Shown in pieces: positions 39,779 to 52,790 of a DNA stretch of 64,000 nucleotides. The DNA is from Macrostomum lignano. Taxonomy: Eukaryota. Under the pieces are notes generated by a model that was not told the origin of the DNA, did not search any database, and saw only the letters and a program-made list of their open reading frames with translations. Both the position numbers and the translations under genes were made by a program. Each line of letters starts with the position of its first letter. Within the stretch, counting starts at the first letter, position 1. The stretch is taken from the NCBI GenBank assembly GCA_002269645.1, contig NIVC01000363.1, positions 248,001 through 312,000 of the forward strand, read 5' to 3'.

Positions 39779-40296
39779 CGAGTCCCACCAGTTGAACCTA
39801 TCTCATTGTGTTTATTCATATATTTTAGCATGCAAATCATATTAACTGATTTGCATCCCAAATTGATCATTTGACTTAATAAATTGCATTTGAAATAAAT
39901 TTTCAATGGCATTGAACTGAAAATAATTTCTTATCAATGATAGTTTTCTGCAATTATATTTGTCCAGAAAAGCGAAGAGAAGAGCATATGCTCGTACGTG
40001 TATTTGAATCAAAATCGTATTCTTTGATAAGCCATTCTTTGCGCAGAAATATTGGTTGATTTCATAAAAATATTCGCAAAGCCTGTTTCAAATATATACA
40101 CAACACAATAACAATATAAAGTTTTTATGCTCAGTTGTTTGTTCATCTTTTTCCTCTTAGTGCAATTATTATGATATTTTGTTTTTTCTCAACAAGAATT
40201 ATCATATTATTTTGTCAGATGCTGGCTCATAAATGCCCTATCCATTCTAATCATCCGTTGAGTCTTTGTACCGGAGCTGCATTGGTCCACCCGGTT

Positions 40297-43200
40297 CTAG
40301 AAGTCCTTGTCCCATCCAGACGTTTCATCCGGAGGAATGCTTGATCGCGACTCGAACTTGTCAAAGTTTGACGCGTCAGTTGGACTATTAATCTGCCAGA
40401 CAGATAAAACAAACAAGGATAATTCAAATCGTAAAAAATACAAATTGAACGTTGTGCAAAGGCCCCAGATTAATGTTTAGAATGTTCAAAGAGAGTCAGA
40501 CACGATAACAGCTCTCAGCTACCAGTCAATAGCTAATTGCCTTATTTACCTTCGGAGACAGTGGCGGCACAAGCGACATCCTTGACAATCCAGTCCAATC
40601 GTAGCCTTGAAACCATTTGTGCTTTTTTATGTCGGCGATGCCGCCAATTCCGCTGCCAAGTCGCTCCTGGGGCGACTCGCGGCACAATTTCTTCACGAGG
40701 CCCTGAGCAGCCTTGCTCATGCTAGCCGGAAAGTCTACAGCCTCGATGCCGCGAAGGATCACGTTGTAGATTTTCATGGAATCCGGGGCGTTGAATGGCG
40801 GACTGTTAAACAGATCGAGGCGGGGTGTGGTTGGATAACTTCAATTGCCTATTGAGATCGTGTCTAACAGTGAGACAATATCAAGCCATTATCTCATTGG
40901 AGTCACAGGAAAGTTCGGTGGATGCTTAGAAATTCCGACATTAAGATACGAGAAGAAACCATCCTTAAATCAAATCCGAAGAATTTCTGGTTTATTTTCC
41001 ATTGTAAAGTTTAACTATATATATATTCAGCAACATCGAAAAGACACCATCGCAGAAGATTCCGTCTGTGGTCGCCACTTTTAAGAGTGCAGGTAAAGTC
41101 TCTCAATCTTTGCGGGTGACACAACTTGCTACGCCGCGGCAGACTTGCGTTGGGAAATGAAGTTGGGGGGGGGGAGCGGTGCGCGAGGGTTGGACGGACT
41201 AACGCTACCCCGATCAGTTATCTCTTATCTTTTATTTCAGAATAGTCCAAGAAAAATTGCTCACTGGCGCATAGAGTGGCGGCTTTTCGATGTTGCTGAG
41301 TATATATCAAAAGAACAAATATACAATGGAACATTGCCTGCATGGCCCCATTTTAGAGTGGCTAGGTTTGCGGCCAAAGGCACACAGCCGCGTTGCAATT
41401 GCGCGGTGATTCCGAAGGTCTATGAACGCTTGTACTTGTCCTCTACAGCTTGTACAGTTTGGGCAATGTGGGAGCCTCGAACTACCACTCTGTATTTGTA
41501 CCACACAGCTAAAGCGCAGAGCTGCTATCATAGCCTGCGCATCCAGGGTAGACTAGAGCTTAATTCTCAAGGTAGTGTCGAAATCCACCGCCGAGCTGAC
41601 GTTGAAAGAACCCTCACCTGCCACTAATGAGCTCAAACAGCAGCACTCCAATCTGCCAGATGTCCGCCGGAAAGCTGTGACCTTTGTTCAAGATGATCTC
41701 CGGGCTGACGTACTCCGGCGTGCCGCAGAAAGTCCAAGTCTTCTTGCCGTGGCCAATTTTTTTTGCAAACCCGAAATCGCACTGGATGCGGATTGTTTGA
41801 TTGGTAAAAAGTTCTACCATCCGGTAAATTGAATATAACTGTAAACACTGCGCATCACGATACCGTACCAGCTTGACGTATCCCCGATGATCCAGGAGCA
41901 GATTCTCTGGCTTCAAATCTCTGTAGATTATGCCGCGCTCGTGCAGATGCTGGAACGCTTCAAGTACGCAGGCCAGGATAAACTTTGTAGTTGGTTCATC
42001 AAAGTTTCCTCTAGAACAAGAAGATAAGGCGTTTGCAGAATATTTCCGAAGCGAAGTTGAATTGATTGGAATTATCACTTCTAACTGCGATTGCCAGTAG
42101 TTAAATTGAGGAACATTCCACACAGCTTACACATTTCTCAGCATAGTCCAGAGTTCGCCTCCCAGACAGACTTCCATCAGCATGTAGACGTACTTTCGGT
42201 CTTTAAATGTCTTGTATAGCCTGCAGTTGTGGGGGTTGATTCAAATATGTAAAGTCGCGAGTAGTTGTAGCTTTGAATTTCAATGGTTTTCCGGAGTGCT
42301 CACTTGCAAATAAAGTTAGACTTCAGACTCATCAGGATATTCTTCTCCGAGTAGATGTGGTCCTGCTGTCGTGTGTGTACAATATGCTGCTTCTTTAAGC
42401 ACTTCAAAGCGAATGTCACATCCGGGTTGGCCTTCCACGTCACCTTTTGGATTCGATGAATAGTATTTTCACTTTGTCAGCTCTAAGTATTGCAACAAAT
42501 TAAAAAAAATAAAAACGGACGCCGCAAACCAGTTCCACCCGACCGAATCCGCCCATGCCGAGGGTGACTTCGAAATGCAAATCGTGCAGCTCGATCACCG
42601 CGAACGCCTCGTCTGAGTTTGTTGAGGCTACGCTGAAAAGAATCGATGCAAAATTAATTCGAATCTCGATAAGTTATCTCCGGAACCACTACTGAGCTCT
42701 TAAATTGAACACCATTTAAAAAGTGTTGATGACCAAAACTGCATTGTCGTCAAAACTTTTGACTACTAACGTACTATCTTTTTTAAAGGCACTCTCAAAC
42801 CATGAAGTGCTTTAAGCCAGGAGCTATATGTTTATAGTTCATTTCTGCTGGATGCAGCAAAATTCGCACTCTATTTCTTGCTACTTTTGAAGACCTTTCT
42901 GAAAATACTCGTAGTTTCTAGAGGCAACAGAAGGGGATTAAAAATTATTTTATGAAGGTGTTCACCACCTTATCCCGCTTGGTTCCACTCCCCTGTCTCA
43001 TCTCATCAAGTACTTTTGCTGCCAAACAGAATTCTCCGTTTTGTGGCCTATCAAGAGATGCAGATTGACTCAATTTACAGCGTCTCTGAACCTACCTGAG
43101 ATTTCCCGGCCTGTTTTCGTCGTAGACTTTCTCCTTGAATTCAGACAGGTCGCCAATCAGGTGTATAAACGAACTAAATGGAGGTATAGATTAGGAGAAA

Positions 43201-45253
43201 TTGGCGTTCTAATTAAGATGACTAGGTGGATTACTGAGCAAATCAGTTTCTGAATTTCTCTCACAGCCGGTCCAATGTGAGCACTTCGACCTTCGTTTCG
43301 GCTATGCAATTAGCCGTTCTCCGTTCCTCCCTGGTCGGGAATATGGTTTAATTTGTTTATTTATCAGCATACTCGTAAATAACAAGCTGCATGCAAGTTA
43401 AAGTCCACCCCACTTAATTGGCTCACTCAAGCAAAGCTTTCTCGCCAAAGTAATCGCCAGATTTGAGTACTCGAATCAACTGAGGATGCGCGCCGCCGTG
43501 CACCTTTTGCGTCACTTTTACCTGAAATTTCATATTTTTTAGGACTTTAAAGCAATTGCAGCTCTAGGGTTTCTGTATTGATATCTAAGAGTACTTGTCA
43601 CCGCTTCTGCCCTCCTCTGTGTCCCTCAGAGTGTCACTAGCTACCTATACCCTCCCCAGTGTCCCTAAATGAGTCACCACCTACCCTCCCCAGTGTCCCT
43701 AAATGAGTCACCACCTACCCTCCCTAGTGTCTCTAAATGAGTCACCACCTACCCTCCCCAGTGTCCCTAAATGAGTCACCACCTACCCTCCCCAGTGTCC
43801 CTAAATGAGTCACCACCTACCCTCCCCAGTGTCCCTAAATGAGTCACCACCTACCCTCCCCAGTGTCCCTAAGTGAGTCACCACCTACCCTCCTCAGTGT
43901 CCCTAAGTGAGTCACCACCTACCCTCCCCAGTGTCCCTAAGTGAGTCACCACCTACCCTCCCTAGTGTCTCTAAATGAGTCACCACCTACCCTCCCCAGT
44001 GTCCCTAAATGAGTCACCACCTACCCTCCCCAGTGTCCCTAAATGAGTCACCACCTACCCTCCCCAGTGTCCCTAAGTGAGTCACCACCTACCCTCCCAG
44101 TGTCCCTAAGTGAGTCACCACCTACCCTCCTCAGTGTCCCTAAGTGAGTCACCACCTACCCTCCCCAGTGTCCCTAAGTGAGTCACCACCTACCCTCCCC
44201 AGTGTCCCTAAGTGAGTCACCACAGACTCAAAATCGCAACTCACCACGCCATCCTTAATGATGAAGAACGTGTTGCCAGTCTCGCCCTCGCGTACAATGT
44301 ACTGCTCGGCCTCGAACGAATCCTTTCGTAAAGTATAATTATAACAGTATGGAATTTAATTTACCAAAAAATAATGTTAAGGAAATTTTTATCGGGATTA
44401 TGACCGTCTTACCTCTTCGATAGCGTCCGCTATTTTATTCAACTTGGAAGTGTCTAGATTTTTTAGCAGCGGCACGCTGAAATTCAAATTATTATAGTGA
44501 TTTTAGTGAGATAACTAGCCATTTAGCACCCCCGTTGGGGGGCGCAAAAAGACACAAATTAATTGGTTTCCATTTTTGCCCAAGAGTAATAATTTAACTA
44601 ATCACGCCCCCCGTTGGGGAGCAAAGAATGAATGTAATAAGTTAATTAATAATGTAATTTAATAACATAGAATAAAATGTAGGAGTACCCCTGAGCTGCT
44701 ATGCTCCCCCCAAATGATATGGTTTATGATTACTGGAGCTATGGTGTTGTATTCAGGTGTTGTACCTGCGTAAAAATCCAACATAATCGCTTTGCTTCTC
44801 CAGTCCAGCCTTCATCATGATGGCCTTGAACACCGTGCGGTCCAGGCACCACAGCTTTGCCGAACTTTCGGCTAAAAATTATGGAAAATAGGTTTAATGC
44901 AATATCTGTCTGCCTTCGGAGCATGCTAGAATTCAGCAAATTATTTGTGCTGTAAACGTATGTGTATCTTCTGAACTAAGAATTGCAAATCAAGTTTTTA
45001 AAGTGCAAAGTTACACTAATTACATCTCAATGATGTCACAGATACATACGGCAGTGTGAAGCTGTTTTGTAGAAGCCAATATTCATACATTGCTTGTGTT
45101 CAGCTAGGTCAGCTAGGTGTCTTTGTTGACATGCATTGTAAAATGAAGGGAGAGGAGAGAGAAGTGAAGGAAGAGGGGAGAAGTTGAGGGAGAGGGCAGA
45201 GAAGGGAAGGGAGGAGAGAGAAGAGATGGGAAGGGAGGAGAGAGGAGAGATGG

Positions 45254-45288
<35 letters not shown>

Positions 45289-48200
45289 AGGGAAGGGAGA
45301 GAAGTGAAGTGAAGAGAGACGGGAGAGAAGTGAAGGGAAGGGAGAGAAGTGAAGGGAAGGGAGAGAAGTGAAGTGAAGGGAGACGGGGAGAGAAGTGAAG
45401 GGAGAGAAGTGAAGGGAAGGGAGAGAAGTGAAGGGAGACGTGAGAGAAGTGAAGGGAGTGTGGAGATACATGTAGAATTGAAAGTTAGGCGCAGGTGCTC
45501 TTACCCGAATCTTCCACTGTTTGAAAACAGACAAGAAAGGTTTTAATAAATTTCATATCTGAATTATTCGTTCTTTTTTACATTTCACAACAAAACACAT
45601 CATGACTCAGTTCTTCCCGAGCTAAACTGATTGCTCTTAGAGCAGCAGTATCAGCCCACAGCAGCAGCTCACCCTTCACTGACGCAGTCCTGGTGCAGTT
45701 GTACAGCAGTGCCAGCTCGCCGAACGCGATGCCTTGGCCCACCGCGCCAAGTCGCTTGCCGTCCTGCGTCACCTCGAGCCGGCCCTCTGTGACCAGGTGC
45801 GAACGGAGAGGTTGAGCGCTCTAGTATTCACTCTAATAAGCACTAGTTGTCACTCTGATCAGCACTCTAGTAGTCACTCTGATCAGCACTCTAGTAGTCA
45901 CTCTGATCAGCACTCTATTAGTCACTCTGATCAGCACTCTAGTAGTCACTCTGATCAGCACTCTAGTAGACACTCTGATCAGCACTCTAGTAGTCACTCT
46001 GATCAGCACTCTAGTAGTCACTCTGATCAGCACTCTAGTAGTCACTCTGATCAGCACTCTAGTAGTCACTCTGATCAGCACTCTAGTAGTCACTCTGATC
46101 AGCACTCTATTAGTCACTCTGATCAGCACTCTAGTAGTCACTCTGATCAGCACTCTAGTAGACACTCTGATCAGCACTCTAGTAGTCACTCTGATCAGCA
46201 CTCTAGTAGTCACTCTGATCAGCACTCTAGTAGTCACTCTGATCAGCACTCTAGTAGTCACTCTGATCAGCACTCTAGTAGTCACTCTGATCAGCACTCT
46301 ATTAGTCACTCTGATCAGCACTCTAGTAGTCACTCTGATCAGCACTCTAGTAGACACTCTGATCAGCACTCTAGTAGTCACTCTGATCAGCACTCTAGTA
46401 GTCACTCTGATCAGCACTCTAGTAGTCACTCTGATCAGCACTCTATTAGTCACTCTGATCAGCACTCTAGTAGTCACTCTGATCAGCACTCTAGTAGACA
46501 CTCTGATCAGCACTCTAGTAGTCACTCTGATCAGCACTCTAGTAGTCACTCTGATCAGCACTCTAGTAGTCACTCTGATCAGCACTCTAGTAGTCACTCT
46601 GATCAGCACTCTAGTAGTCACTCTGATAAGCAACTTTATTAGTCACTCTGATAAGCACTCAGCAGTCACTATAATAAACACTCTAGCAGTCACTCTAATG
46701 AATACTCTAGTAGTCACTCTGATAAGCACTCTTGCCGTCACTCTGATTATACTGTGCTTTCAATCCAACTACGTGTGTAAGCCTACAACAGTCATGCAGA
46801 GTCACAAGCGTCACTCACCCGAGCACACGTACAAGTGCTGCCCTTTCTCGCCCTGTCGAATCACGTGACACCCTGGCGGCACAGTTTTGGCGTACATGCA
46901 GGCTACCATTTCGTCCAGTTGTTGCGGTTCCATGTGCTGCAGCAGCGAGTTGCTCACAATGGCATCTCGAATTAGTTTCTTTGAGCTGCGGATGACAAGG
47001 TGAGGATGCGAGCTGCTTAGGCACACAATGCACTACTAAGATGAGTAATAACCATGCTTTAAAAACTCGTGCTTTTGAAAAATCCTAAGCCGAGGTTTTC
47101 TAACGATTGGCTTTATATTTAGATAAAGCGAGTTCAGAGGACTGAAAGGCTAATCAATGATCATAAATAATTCACCAGCTAGTCCTTGTCGACTGGGTCA
47201 GAAATTCTTTCAGGAAATTATGGGAACTGAACTGAAGCTTTGCCTATAGCTGCATGCCCATGCACTTTAGGAGCTCGGTTAGTTTACTTTGAATAGACCG
47301 GACTCGGTGCGAGAGTGTTCTGTGAGCTGCATACAGTACCCACTGTTCCGGAGAAGTGAGTACAGGAGAGTTCTAGCTTTAGCTTCCGCATCTGTCCACT
47401 CTTATGTCTCCCTCTCCCTGTCTCCCTCTCCCTGTCTCCCTCTCCCTGTCTCCCTCTCCCTGTCTCCCTCTCCCTGTCTCCCTCTCCCTGTCTCCCTCTC
47501 CCTGTCTCCCTCTCCCTGTCTCCCTCTCCCTGTCTCCCTCTCCCTGTCTCCCTCTCCCTGTCTCCCTCTCCCTGTCTCCCTCTCCCTGTCTCCCTCTCCC
47601 TATCTCCCTCACCTGTCTCCCTCTCCCTGTCTCCCTCTCCCTGTCTCCCTCTCCCTGTCTCCCTCTCCCTGTCTCCCTCTCCCTGTCTCTCTCTCCCTGT
47701 CTCCCTCTCCCTGTCTCCCTCTCCCTGTCTCCCTCTCCCTGTCTCCCTCTCCCTGTCTCCCTCTCCCTGTCTCTCTCTCCCTGTCTCCCTCTCCCTGTCT
47801 CTCTCTCCCTGTCTCCCTCTCCCTGTCTCCCTCTCCCTGTCTTCTCTCCCTATCTACCTCTCCCTATCTCCCTCACCTATCTCCCTCTCCCTGTCTCCCT
47901 GTCCCCGTCTCCATCTCCCTGTCTCCCTCTCCCTGTCTCCCTCTCAGTGTAGATGGCAGATAGATTTATAAAACTGTAGAAGATCGCAGGTGTTATAAAT
48001 TGCTCAGCCCAATCCATCTGAAATCCAGCTGGCCAATCCCAAACTCAATTTTCCCCCAATTTTCTCCGCCCTCGCTCCATCCCAATCTCTGGCACTCCGC
48101 CCAGCTGAGAACGGCTTGCCTCATTCAGTTTGCCATCTTGTCTTATTGAGCAACGATTTTGTCATTCCGTCACTCCAGTCACTCAGTCACTTCGATATTG

Positions 48201-49097
48201 TCACACAGTCACTCTAATATTGTCACTTAGTCACTCTAATATTGTCACTTAGTCACTCTAATATTTTCACTCAGTCACTGCAATATTGCTACTCATTCAA
48301 TCTCATATTGTCACTCAATCACTCTAATATTGTCACTCAGTCACTCCAAAATTGTCACTCGGTCACTCTAATATTGTCACTCGGTCACTCCAAAATTGTC
48401 ACTCAGTCACTGCAATATTGCCACTCAGTCAATCTCATATTGTCACTCAGTCACTCCAATATTGTCACTCTAATATTGTCACTCAGTCACTGCAGTTGTC
48501 ACTCAGCCCTAACCCCCCATCTCACCGCTCATCCTTGTCGTGATGCCGCAGCTCGATCTCGCCCAGCTGCGAGTCCAGGGACTCGCCCGAGACGCCCTGC
48601 TTTTTCAGTCTCTCCCTGGCGCTTGCGGCAGCTCCGAGACCACCCGTAGTGGTCGCCGCCGCCGTCGTTGTCGCAGTCTTGGCGTGCAGCGCCTCGGTGA
48701 CGAGTTCCGGCTCCGCGCCCACCGTGAGGTCCAGCACAGACTTCAGCTTGTTGGCCTCGGCCCTCAGGCCGTCCATCTCCTGTCGCTGCAGTTCGACCAT
48801 CCTGCGCAGCTCCCTGTTGGCCGCCTCCGCCTCGACCAGGAGGTCGGCCTGCCGCTGCCGCTCCAACCTCAGCCGCGTCACGGTGGCTGCGAGCTCTGCG
48901 GACGGCACGGCAACCCCGTCAAGCGTCACCTTGCGGCTGCCACCGGAACTGAGGCCGGCCCCGTTTCCCATCGGTGTTGAAGCTGCCCGACTGCTGCTGC
49001 CGCTGCTGTTGTTCGATGGTTTCCGTTGCTGACGCGGCTTCGATGGCTGGCTTGATGCGGCGCTTGCCGGAGTCTTGGCGCCTCCCGCGACTGGCAT
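40297..49097 (-). CDS. PRKG: cGMP-dependent protein kinase, about 775 aa; 16 exons: 49097-48526, 46985-46819, 45786-45673, 44871-44766, 44476-44413, 44322-44245, 43521-43427, 43330-43265, 43173-43096, 42632-42530, 42443-42304, 42220-42131, 42010-41869, 41781-41618, 40802-40550, 40392-40297
   Basis: N-terminal leucine zipper; pseudosubstrate [11 protein letters not shown]; two cNMP-binding domains ([31 protein letters not shown]); kinase motifs [41 protein letters not shown]; AGC tail SNFD...ETSGWDKDF. All 15 junctions are GT-AG and in phase (2328 nt). Paralogue (PKG I or II) not assigned. Confidence 0.95.
43640..44222. repeat. 34-bp minisatellite (about 17 copies) in PKG intron 6
   Basis: TGAGTCACCACCTACCCTCCCCAGTGTCCCTAA(A/G) unit. 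Confidence 0.95.
45145..45460. repeat. Purine-rich, about 19-bp minisatellite (GAAGTGAAGGGAAGGGAGA) in PKG intron 3
   Basis: Direct observation. Confidence 0.9.
45830..46750. repeat. 24-bp minisatellite (CACTCTGATCAGCACTCTAGTAGT) filling PKG intron 2
   Basis: 24-bp period with recurring ATTAGT and AGTAGA variants. Confidence 0.95.
47405..47945. repeat. 14-bp pyrimidine minisatellite (CTCCCTGTCTCCCT) in PKG intron 1
   Basis: Direct observation. Confidence 0.95.
48165..48505. repeat. Degenerate, about 22-bp repeat (CACTCAGTCACTCTAATATTGT) next to the PKG intron 1 donor
   Basis: Imperfect tandem copies. Confidence 0.8.
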
Positions 49098-49269
49098 CTT
49101 GAGAGCTGGACTGGGGGAGGGGGCGGGACGGGCAGACTCTGAGCCTCACGTCTGAACCAATGGGAAGGCCGCCGTATCTATTCAGTGCAACTTATAGTCC
49201 TAGAAACCCAGCTTTAGGTGATAGTCGCACTTTAAATCACTTTTTCGATCACTCAACCATGATTAAGGT

Positions 49270-49945
49270 TAGTTTTTTTGATCCCACACCCATGTCCTCA
49301 AATGTCAGTTTTTTGATCCCACACCCATATCCTCAAATGGCAGTTCTCTGATCACATACCCATGTCCTCAAATGGCAGTTCTCTGATCACATACCCATGT
49401 CCTCAAATGGCAGTTCTCTGATCCCACACCCATGTCCTCAAATGGCAGTTCTCTGATCCCACACCCATGTCCTCAAATGGCAGTTCTCTGATCCCACACC
49501 CATGTCCTCAAATGGCAGTTCTCTGATCCCACACCCATGTCCTCAAATGGCAGTTCTCTGATCCCACACCCATGTCCTCAAATGGCAGTTCTCTGATCCC
49601 ACACCCATGTCCTCAAATGGCAGTTCTCTGATCCCACACCCATGTCCTCAAATAGCAGTTCTCTGATCCCACACCCATGTCCTCAAATGGCAGTTCTCTG
49701 ATCCCACACCCATGTCCTCAAATAGCAGTTCTCTGATCCCACACCCATGTCCTCAAATGGCAGTTCTCTGATCCCACACCCATGTCCTCAAATGGCAGTT
49801 CTCTGATCCCACACCCATGTCCTCAAATGGCAGTTCTCTGATCCCACACCCATGTCCTCAAATAGCAGTTCTCTGATCCCACACCCATGTCCTCAAATGG
49901 CAGTTCTCTGATCCCACACCCATGTCCTCAAATGGCAGTTCTGTG
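49270..49945. repeat. 35-bp minisatellite (GATCCCACACCCATGTCCTCAAATGGCAGTTCTCT) upstream of the PKG ATG
   Basis: 35-bp period, about 19 copies. Confidence 0.95.
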
Positions 49946-50708
49946 ATTCTACACTCCGAGGACTCTAAAGTACTCGTTATTTCTAAGAATGCCACACCCA
50001 TAAACTAAAAAGTTGTTTAGGGCCATTGTGCAGCTTTTGCAGTTACTGATGACGTGGCCTAAAAAACTAGGATGTGGCTTCCCACAACCGGAGTACCGCA
50101 GCTTCTCAACTGTAAAGTCGGTGCTGCATTTGCATGGACAAACTACTTTACTTCCCCCCAAAAACCTTGGAATGAAAAACTGTTTGCCATTCGATAAGGC
50201 AGAACCGTGAATTTTTATCGAGTACCTGTAGACTTAAGCCATGCCAAGGTGCTCCTTCAGAGCCAGAGTCTGGCCAGATTACCGGATTACCACTTAAAAA
50301 CCTTAACTTCAGCATAAAAATGCATTGGCTTGTCAATATCTCAGTTTCAAGGCTTTTTAAATTAGTGTCTAACCTGTTCATTGAAATTAGATGTTGCGGT
50401 CCAAGACACGAGAGTTACTTATATGAGCGTTTTTCTAATCCAGATCCTTCTTGGTTTAGAGGTCCATGGCTTCTCTTCTAGAATCTCTATCGCGACTTTG
50501 GAGTGCAAACAAAGATTCGTGCGAAATTTTGGGCCCAGTTGGCTGCTTGGCCAGGCAGCAGATTCAAGATTTATCGGGGTGACAGACAGCTGAGGCTGAT
50601 GTAGCGAGTGTTCTGATGTTGAAGCTCGACTTTAGAATGGACTAATTTAACTTACTCTACCTGCGAGTGTAAGTCCTAAATTATTACACTCCAAACACAG
50701 GTGTTTGT

Positions 50709-51340
50709 AATGTTAGACACAGTTATGTAACATGTTAGACACTGTTATTCGTAACATGTTAGACACTGTTATTCGTAACATGTTAGACACTGTTATTCGT
50801 AACATGTTAGACACTGATAGTTGTAACATGTTAGACACTGTTATTCGTAACATGTTAGACACTGATAGTTGTAACATGTTAGACACTGTTATTTGTAACA
50901 TGTTAGACACTGTTATTTGTAACATGTTAGACACTGATAGTTGTAACATGTTAGACACTGTTATTCGTAACATGTTAGACACTGTTATTTGTAACATGTT
51001 AGACACTGATAGTTGTAACATGTTAGACACTGTTATTCGTAACATGTTAGACACTGTTATTTGTAACATGTTAGACACTGTTATTCGTAACATGTTAGAC
51101 ACTGTTATTCGTAACATGTTAGACACTGTTATTTGTAACATGTTAGACACTGTTATTCGTAACATGTTAGACACTGTTATTTGTAACATGTTAGACACTG
51201 TTATTCGTAACATGTTAGACACTGTTATTCGTAACATGTTAGACTCTGTTAATTGCAGCATGTTAGATCCAGTTATTTGTAACATGTTAGACACTGCTAA
51301 TTGTAACATGTTAGAGACAGTTGTCACCTGTTAGATAGAT
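50709..51340. repeat. 24-bp minisatellite (AACATGTTAGACACTGTTATTCGT)
   Basis: Direct observation. Confidence 0.95.
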
Positions 51341-52019
51341 TTGAGAAAAATGTTAGACACCTTCAAAGATTAGTTACATACCCGAAAAGAACGAATGCTT
51401 CAGCTTGTAATGTTGAACTAAAAATGATTTCTCCAAAACAGTAATAAAAATTTTCTACTGTGGCTGAAATTTGAAGTATTGTGTCTGCAGAATGCTACTT
51501 ACAAGTAGAGCAATTTGGAGTCAGACTTATGATTTCAACTAGAGCAGTTAAATTAGTTTATCCCCTTGATATGCACAATGTTCATAAATATTAAAGATGC
51601 ATTGAGTACTCATTGCTCTAACACATCATCTTGCTAATGATCGGCCATAGTGATCATAAATCTTTTCCGGCCAAGTGCCTGTCAAAGCGGTAACTTCAGT
51701 GGACTCGTATACATGTAAATAATATCAATTTCTGGCAATAATATATTCAGACTGAGTAAATACGGCAATCTGCCTGATTGCCAGTTGAGCAGCCAGACGG
51801 AGGCAATAACTGCCAGATTAAGAAGTCTGCATGCAGTCAGCTCCCAAATGGCAGAGGGCGGAACCGACCCCACGCTCGGGCTGGGGTGGCTGACCAGCAA
51901 CAGGGCGCCGATCGCGTAAGTGCATTCAGGCTGAGGGACGCTCAGCATTGAGTCTTGTTGACGGAGCAGAGATATTGATGAGTGAGAGATGTTTGAGTGA
52001 GGGGGAGATTCGAGAGGGG

Positions 52020-52790
52020 GAGATTTGGCGCCAAAATGAGTATCAGAGAGGAGCCAAATTAGGTGGCGGAAAGGCGCCAAAATCTGCCAGAGAGGCGCCA
52101 AAATTAGTGTCAGAGAAGCGCCAAAATGAGTGTCAGAGAGGCGCCAAAATGAGTGTCAGAGAGGCGCCAAAATGAGTGTCAGAGAGGCGACAAAATGAGT
52201 ATCAGAGAGGCGCCAAAATGAGTATCAGAGAGGCGACAAAATGAGTATCAGAGAGGCGACAAAATGAGTATCAGAGAGGCGACAAAATGAGTATCAGAGA
52301 GGCGCTAAAATGAGTCAGAGAGGCGCCAAAATGAGTATCAGAGAGGCGACAAAATGAGTATCAGAGAGGCGACAAAATGAGTATCAGAGAGGCGACAAAA
52401 TGAGTATCAGAGAGGCGACAAAATGAGTATCAGAGAGGCGACAAAATGAGTATCAGAGAGGCGCTAAAATGAGTCAGAGAGGCGCCAAAATGAGTATCAG
52501 ACAGGCGCCAAAATGAGTGTCAAAGAGGCGCCAAAATGAGTATCAGACAGGCGACAAAATGAGTATCAGAGAGGCGACAAAATGAGTGTCAGAGAGGCGC
52601 CAAAATGAGTATCAGAGAGGCGACAAAATGAGTATCAGACAGGCGCCAAAATGAGTGTCAAAGAGGCGCCAAAATGAGTATCAGACAGGCGCCAAAATGA
52701 GTATCAGACAGGCGCCAAAATGAGTGTCAAAGAGGCGCCAAAATAAGTATCAGAGAGGCACCGAAATAAGCGCCCTAGAGGCGCTAAAAC
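52020..52790. repeat. 23-bp minisatellite (GAGAGGCGCCAAAATGAGTATCA)
   Basis: Direct observation. Confidence 0.95.

Noticed and set aside
45734-46642. 302-aa [11 protein letters not shown] and 266-aa [11 protein letters not shown]
   Set aside because: Translations of the 24-bp repeat in PKG intron 2.
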